Assembly: GCF_001194135.2 (NCBI RefSeq) | Contig: NC_068991.1 | Location: 35,571,511 to 35,623,546 of the forward strand | Length of the DNA stretch: 52,036 bases | From: Octopus bimaculoides | Lineage: Eukaryota | Direction: 5' to 3' | Shown here: piece after piece, positions 46,831 through 52,036 of the stretch | Layout: every line of letters begins with the position of its first letter | How positions within the stretch are numbered: position 1 is the first letter of the stretch | Position numbers and translations under genes: made by a program | Notes under the pieces: generated by a model | Told to the model about the DNA's origin: nothing | The model's input: the letters and a program-made list of their open reading frames with translations, nothing else | The model's database searches: none

Positions 46831-48060
46831 ATAAGTTTGTTTAGTTGTTTTTATAAGTTTTATGTGAATAGGGGTGTCGTGCGGGGTTGCGATGGATTCA
46901 TTTAGAGTAATGCCTGTATATTTCTGAATGTTTTCTTAAGTTCTTGTTTGTGTCTATTACAATTAGTAATACCTTGGAAGTGCCGTTCGCATTGGTCTCG
47001 ATTGCTATGTGTTTTCATTTGTTGAAATGTTTGTAATGTTGGTGGTATTTGCAGCATTGGAGACGCTTATAATTGCGTTGATGTAGGGTGTGTGAGGCTG
47101 TGATAGCTTGTTGGTTTCTGTGTCCCCTCCCCTAATCTCTTTGTTTTTAGTCTTGCACCGCACTTTTCAGTTTCTAATTTTCTCCTTGTTTTCTTTCACC
47201 AGGATCCATTCTGGTAGGTTTCCAAGACTGTGTTCCTCGTTAGACGGGTTTTCGCAGTCGGAAAAGTCTGTTGCAGTGGGAGGGATATGTCTGCACAATT
47301 GCGCATTTCTAAGCTGTTGGTCTGGTTGACTGGTGAGGGTATGGGTTCCCTTGCTTGCAATAGTGTAGGTGTTGCTATAGTTTTTTCTTGGGTATTGTAG
47401 CGGTGCTGATGTTGTTGAATAGATTTCTCCTGTTGCACTTTCTGTTGATGCTGTTGTTGTTTTAGTTTTGGATGATGTTGCTTGTCGCACTGATGCTGTT
47501 GTTGTTGTTGGTGTTGCTGCTGTTGTTTTTGTTGACTAAGAGGTGTCTGCAGTAGCGGGGTTTAAAAAATTGTTTTTGCATGGGGCAGAAAGCTTTTAAA
47601 TGGTTTGTTTCGCTACAAATGTGGCATCTTGGCTTTCTGCTCTCTACTGCTACAAATAACTGAGTTGCATTAGGTATGTTGATCAGGTCAGAGATGGCTT
47701 CCATACTCTCCAGATCGCAGTGCAACTACAATTCCATGCCGGTGCCTGACCAATTCTCCTTTGTCACTTTTTGGACTTGCAGAATTTGTATTTTATTCTC
47801 TATGCCGTATGTCATTTAAAACTGACACACTCGAGACCTCCACCGCCGTCCCCAACACTAGTCTGACGATTCAGTTCACCCCAATTCGGTTCAGGTACGT
47901 GATGTTCGTAAGCTACAAAAATGGTGAAACATCAATGTCCATCGCACCTAAATGGGATTTGGGGTGCATTGTCTCGCCTGTCTATGACCTTCAGGACTTC
48001 TAACACCAAGCGCTTTGATGGAGTCATCTCTACCACGCCAAATTTGCAGCCTACTGGCGA
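46830..48060 (-). mobile_element. LINE ORF1-like remnant with a gag-type zinc knuckle, possibly the 5' part of the Tx1-like element
   Basis: CHICSETNHLKAFC (CX2CX4HX4C) at 47585-47626 followed by a T/S/N-rich low-complexity tail. Confidence 0.6.
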
Positions 48061-48335
48061 ACAAGCAAAGCTCATATATTAAACAGGTGTGTTCGAAAGC
48101 GCCGAAATGTGTTTATAGATACAAATAAGATGATAATTTATTTTCGAACGCAGAGACGCCGTTAAATCAGCAGAAATATTGGGTAAATCACCCTTACGAA
48201 GCGAAAAAAATTATCATCAAACAGCCATGTTGACAATTTTTTCCGCTTTGTAAGGGTAAGTTACTCAATGTTTCTGCTGTTCTAACGCTGTCCTTGCGTT
48301 CGAAAATAGATCAACATCTTTTTTGTATCTCTCTG

Positions 48336-48390
<55 letters not shown>

Positions 48391-48971
48391 CTATCTTTCT
48401 TTCTCGCCCCCCCCTCTCTCTCTTTATATATATNNNNNNNNNNNNNNNNNNNNNNNNNNNNNNNNNNNNNNNNNNNNNNNNNNNNNNNNNNNNNNNNNNN
48501 NNNNNNNNNNNNNNNNNNNNNNNNNNNNNNNNNNNNNNNNNNNNNNNNNNNNNNNNNNNNNNNNNNNNNNNNNNNNNNNNNNNNNNNNNNNNNNNNNNNN
48601 NNNNNNNNNNNNNNNNNNNNNNNNNNNNNNNNNNNNNNNNNNNNNNNNNNNNNNNNNNNNNNNNNNNNNNNNNNNNNNNNNNNNNNNNNNNNNNNNNNNN
48701 NNNNNNNNNNNNNNNNNNNNNNNNNNNNNNNNNNNNNNNNNNNNNNNNNNNNNNNNNNNNNNNNNNNNNNNNNNNNNNNNNNNNNNNNNNNNNNNNNNNN
48801 NNNNNNNNNNNNNNNNNNNNNNNNNNNNNNNNNNNNNNNNNNNNNNNNNNNNNNNNNNNNNNNNNNNNNNNNNNNNNNNNNNNNNNNNNNNNNNNNNNNN
48901 NNNNNNNNNNNNNNNNNNNNNNNNNNNNNNNNNNNNNNNNNNNNNNNNNNNNNNNNNNNNNNNNNNNNNNN

Positions 48972-49043
<72 letters not shown>

Positions 49044-50879
49044 CATGTATATGCGGTATGTGTTTGTAAACAGGTATGAGTATGTATTGCTTTGTTTGTG
49101 TGGAGATGTATATGCAGTTTGTGTGCGTGTATAGGTAATAAATCATTTCCTATAACCTGAACCCTGACAGCTCAATGCTGATTTACCAAAACTAATTAGG
49201 TTTATGGCATTTTAAAGAAATAGAGTAATGTCTAAACAGTTTGAATTAATTGATGAATGGAGCATGTCTGATTAGTATATAAAAAATACAACTGATCTGT
49301 TCACACACTCTCTTGCGGAAACTCTAGCATGTGATACTATTTCTGGAATCTAGAGGAAACTCCTATTACCTTGTGATGTCTTACCTTTAAAAGTGAAATA
49401 GCCAATTTGTAATTGTATTATATTCGTTTTTCCAGTTATGGCTATGTGATTATGGAGATTGTTGCATAATATGTATTATATAAGGATGCGGCTACGCGGT
49501 TATATTACTGTTCTCAACCATGTCTTCTTATATGATACTTGATTTGTCGCCTACACGTTATTGAAACGATTGTAAACCATGTAATAAATGTAATGCCATC
49601 ACCTTCATTCTTTATATATATATATATATGTGTGTGTATATGTGTATGTATTTATCTTACTCCCTTTATACATACACATATATATGTACACAAACATGCA
49701 CACACACATATACATACATATGTATATGTATATATGTATATATATATANNNNNNNNNNNNNNNNNNNNNNNNNNNNNNNNNNNNNNNNNNNNNNNNNNNN
49801 NNNNNNNNNNNNNNNNNNNNNNNNNNNNNNNNNNNNNNNNNNNNNNNNNNNNNNNNNNNNNNNNNNNNNNNNNNNNNNNNNNNNNNNNNNNNNNNNNNNN
49901 NNNNNNNNNNNNNNNNNNNNNNNNNNNNNNNNNNNNNNNNNNNNNNNNNNNNNNNNNNNNNNNNNNNNNNNNNNNNNNNNNNNNNNNNNNNNNNNNNNNN
50001 NNNNNNNNNNNNNNNNNNNNNNNNNNNNNNNNNNNNNNNNNNNNNNNNNNNNNNNNNNNNNNNNNNNNNNNNNNNNNNNNNNNNNNNNNNNNNNNNNNNN
50101 NNNNNNNNNNNNNNNNNNNNNNNNNNNNNNNNNNNNNNNNNNNNNNNNNNNNNNNNNNNNNNNNNNNNNNNNNNNNNNNNNNNNNNNNNNNNNNAAAACG
50201 GAAACGTGAAACTCTGACGACGAACGGAAACATGAAACTCTGAGCAACAGTTTTTGTGATATTTTTGCTGCATTTTAATAAAGCATATTACTCTACCTCT
50301 GGTATTTGAGTACTATTCTTTCCACCTTGCTTCGCATTTATGTATTTACTCTGGTCTATATATATATATATATATATATGTATTAATATATTTGAGCACA
50401 CATCAACGTACCATTATTTGTTTATACTAATTTGACTTTAATTAACCTTGTATATTTACTTTTGCTATTTGATTTCTAATTTCTTACAAGTGTTCAGTTT
50501 GTCGTGTGATGCTGTTATTTCCGTGACTAACAACCAATGGCGATTTGTTTGACTTTTAGTTGAAAGTAAATCGTTCCATTTCAAATTTACTTACAGACGT
50601 CGTTTTAGTCAACAGATGACTGATTCTATTTTAATGAGACCATTTAGGGTAGTCTAGCCGTCGAATATAATATGCTAATATCATTGTTTGGAGAGGGTAA
50701 TAAAAGACCAAAATCTTTCAATCAAGCAGAGACTGGAATCCATTGCAAATTGTCATTAGAAGATCGTTAACAGGGACTTTTAAAAAGAAGCCACAAACCA
50801 TGAATGCTTCAAAAGAGATGGCTAAAGTTGTTCTTTTGTTATTTTAATTCTTTGTCTTTTTCTTTCTCTTTCTTTCATG

Positions 50880-51055
50880 TTCACCGTGACCACGATCATG
50901 ATCTTGGTCAGGTGATCTTGGTCATGATCTTGACCAGCATGATCATGATCATCATGGTAACCACCACTACCACCGCCCCCGCCGCCCCCACCACTTTGTC
51001 CTCATCGTCATCGTCTTCCTCTTTCTCGTCGTCGTCATCATCATTATCATCATCT
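50880..51055. repeat. Degenerate trinucleotide tract (CAT/GAT/CAC/TCG)
   Basis: Directly visible. Confidence 0.85.
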
Positions 51056-52036
51056 CAATTCTTTTCTTTTATGTTTCTTATTTATGTAACCGTAGTTAAA
51101 TGACTTTAAGTTGTTTTCGATGTAAAAGCCCCAACTATTCCGTCGGTTCACACACCAAAAACTCCAATAAACGACAACAATAACAACAAAAATGTGGTTG
51201 CCATTTTACTAGAAAAGACAATTATTCAAAGCTTTCTTGAAAGGATATCACTGAACGACAAAGTTATTCTGTATGTATATAATAAGCTTGTAATGATCTA
51301 GCGTGGGGGCATACTATTTCTGTTAATTAATACTATAAATGTTTGAGCGTATACAAGTTGAGTATGAGCAATCTAAATTAGTGTTGGTCCACTCAGATAA
51401 TATTTATTTGACTTAGTTCAAGGCAATATATCAGTAGTGTTGAAGAGGTCGATCGAAGCGACTCCAGTCCACGGTTGGAACTCATTTTAACGATGTTAGA
51501 GGATTTGAACTTTGAATATAGAGCGATAAAACTAGACGTTATAGGACATTTATTCTGAATCCACCGTTTCTGTCATATCACTTCACTCTAGTTAATGATA
51601 ATTTTTATGGTTTCATGCAAGGTTCCGTCTTTTGTACGAGGGAAGTCAAATCAATCGAATATAGTAATCAATTTATCTACTTCAGGAAGATGAAAATTTC
51701 TTTTGAAATAGTATTTTGTTGGCAACATTTGATTACTTACATGGTTTAAACGTCCACCTAAATAGTATTGAAAGGAAAATTTTAAGAAACGCCTCGGAAA
51801 GCTGTAGTCCTTGTGATACACTTATCACCTTTTTTAACTTGAGAGTTTTATTATTTATTTTTAACCCTGTCTGTTATAATTGTGATGTTTCGCAATTATT
51901 GCATTCTTCTTTTATGAAATATTTTTTGATTGCATGTTCTGGCCACTGATATATTCGTGGATAATTTTGAATTGTCTACAATATATACTTTTTATATATG
52001 CCTTTTTACATTCATTCATCTTATATATATATATAT

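Noticed and set aside
50196-50243. CTGACGA-CGAACG-GAAAC as a hammerhead
   Set aside because: Stem II would be only 2 bp and no GUH follows. It is better explained as a short direct repeat of CGGAAAC.TGAAACTCTGA next to a gap.
1137-50273. Many long ORFs made of HTHT, YIYI, ERER, SLSL, CVCV or X runs
   Set aside because: Translations of microsatellites and N gaps, not proteins.
50804-51103. 99 aa ORF with poly-T/S and a hydrophobic stretch
   Set aside because: Encoded by degenerate trinucleotide repeats.
1-52036. CRISPR array, rRNA or prokaryotic operon
   Set aside because: No regularly spaced repeat-spacer array, no rRNA motifs and no gene-dense sequence; this is eukaryotic repeat-rich DNA.

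Overview
AT-rich (by eye), microsatellite-saturated animal DNA from a gappy short-read assembly; the SINE, RTE and Penelope repeat types suggest a cephalopod, probably Octopus (inference). Most of the window is decayed transposons: two Tc1/mariner families, RTE, CR1-like, Tx1-like and Hero-like LINEs, Penelope-like elements (PLEs), tRNA-derived SINEs, and Helitron/Helentron-like pieces. Two things are not visible in the ORF track. (1) The 3' end of an unidentified minus-strand gene built from small phase-1 exons (7836-7997, 4679-4726, 4497-4537, 4092-4139, 1419-1480). It is partly duplicated at about 19680-21600, and the two copies carry complementary lesions. (2) At least seven minimal type I hammerhead-ribozyme-like motifs in PLE-type termini and inverted repeats. 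Their stem III sequences differ but are nearly all self-complementary, and five have a stem II/loop II region extended to about 55-90 nt. No CRISPR, rRNA or intact tRNA genes are supported. All alignments, folds and translations were done by eye, not computed.
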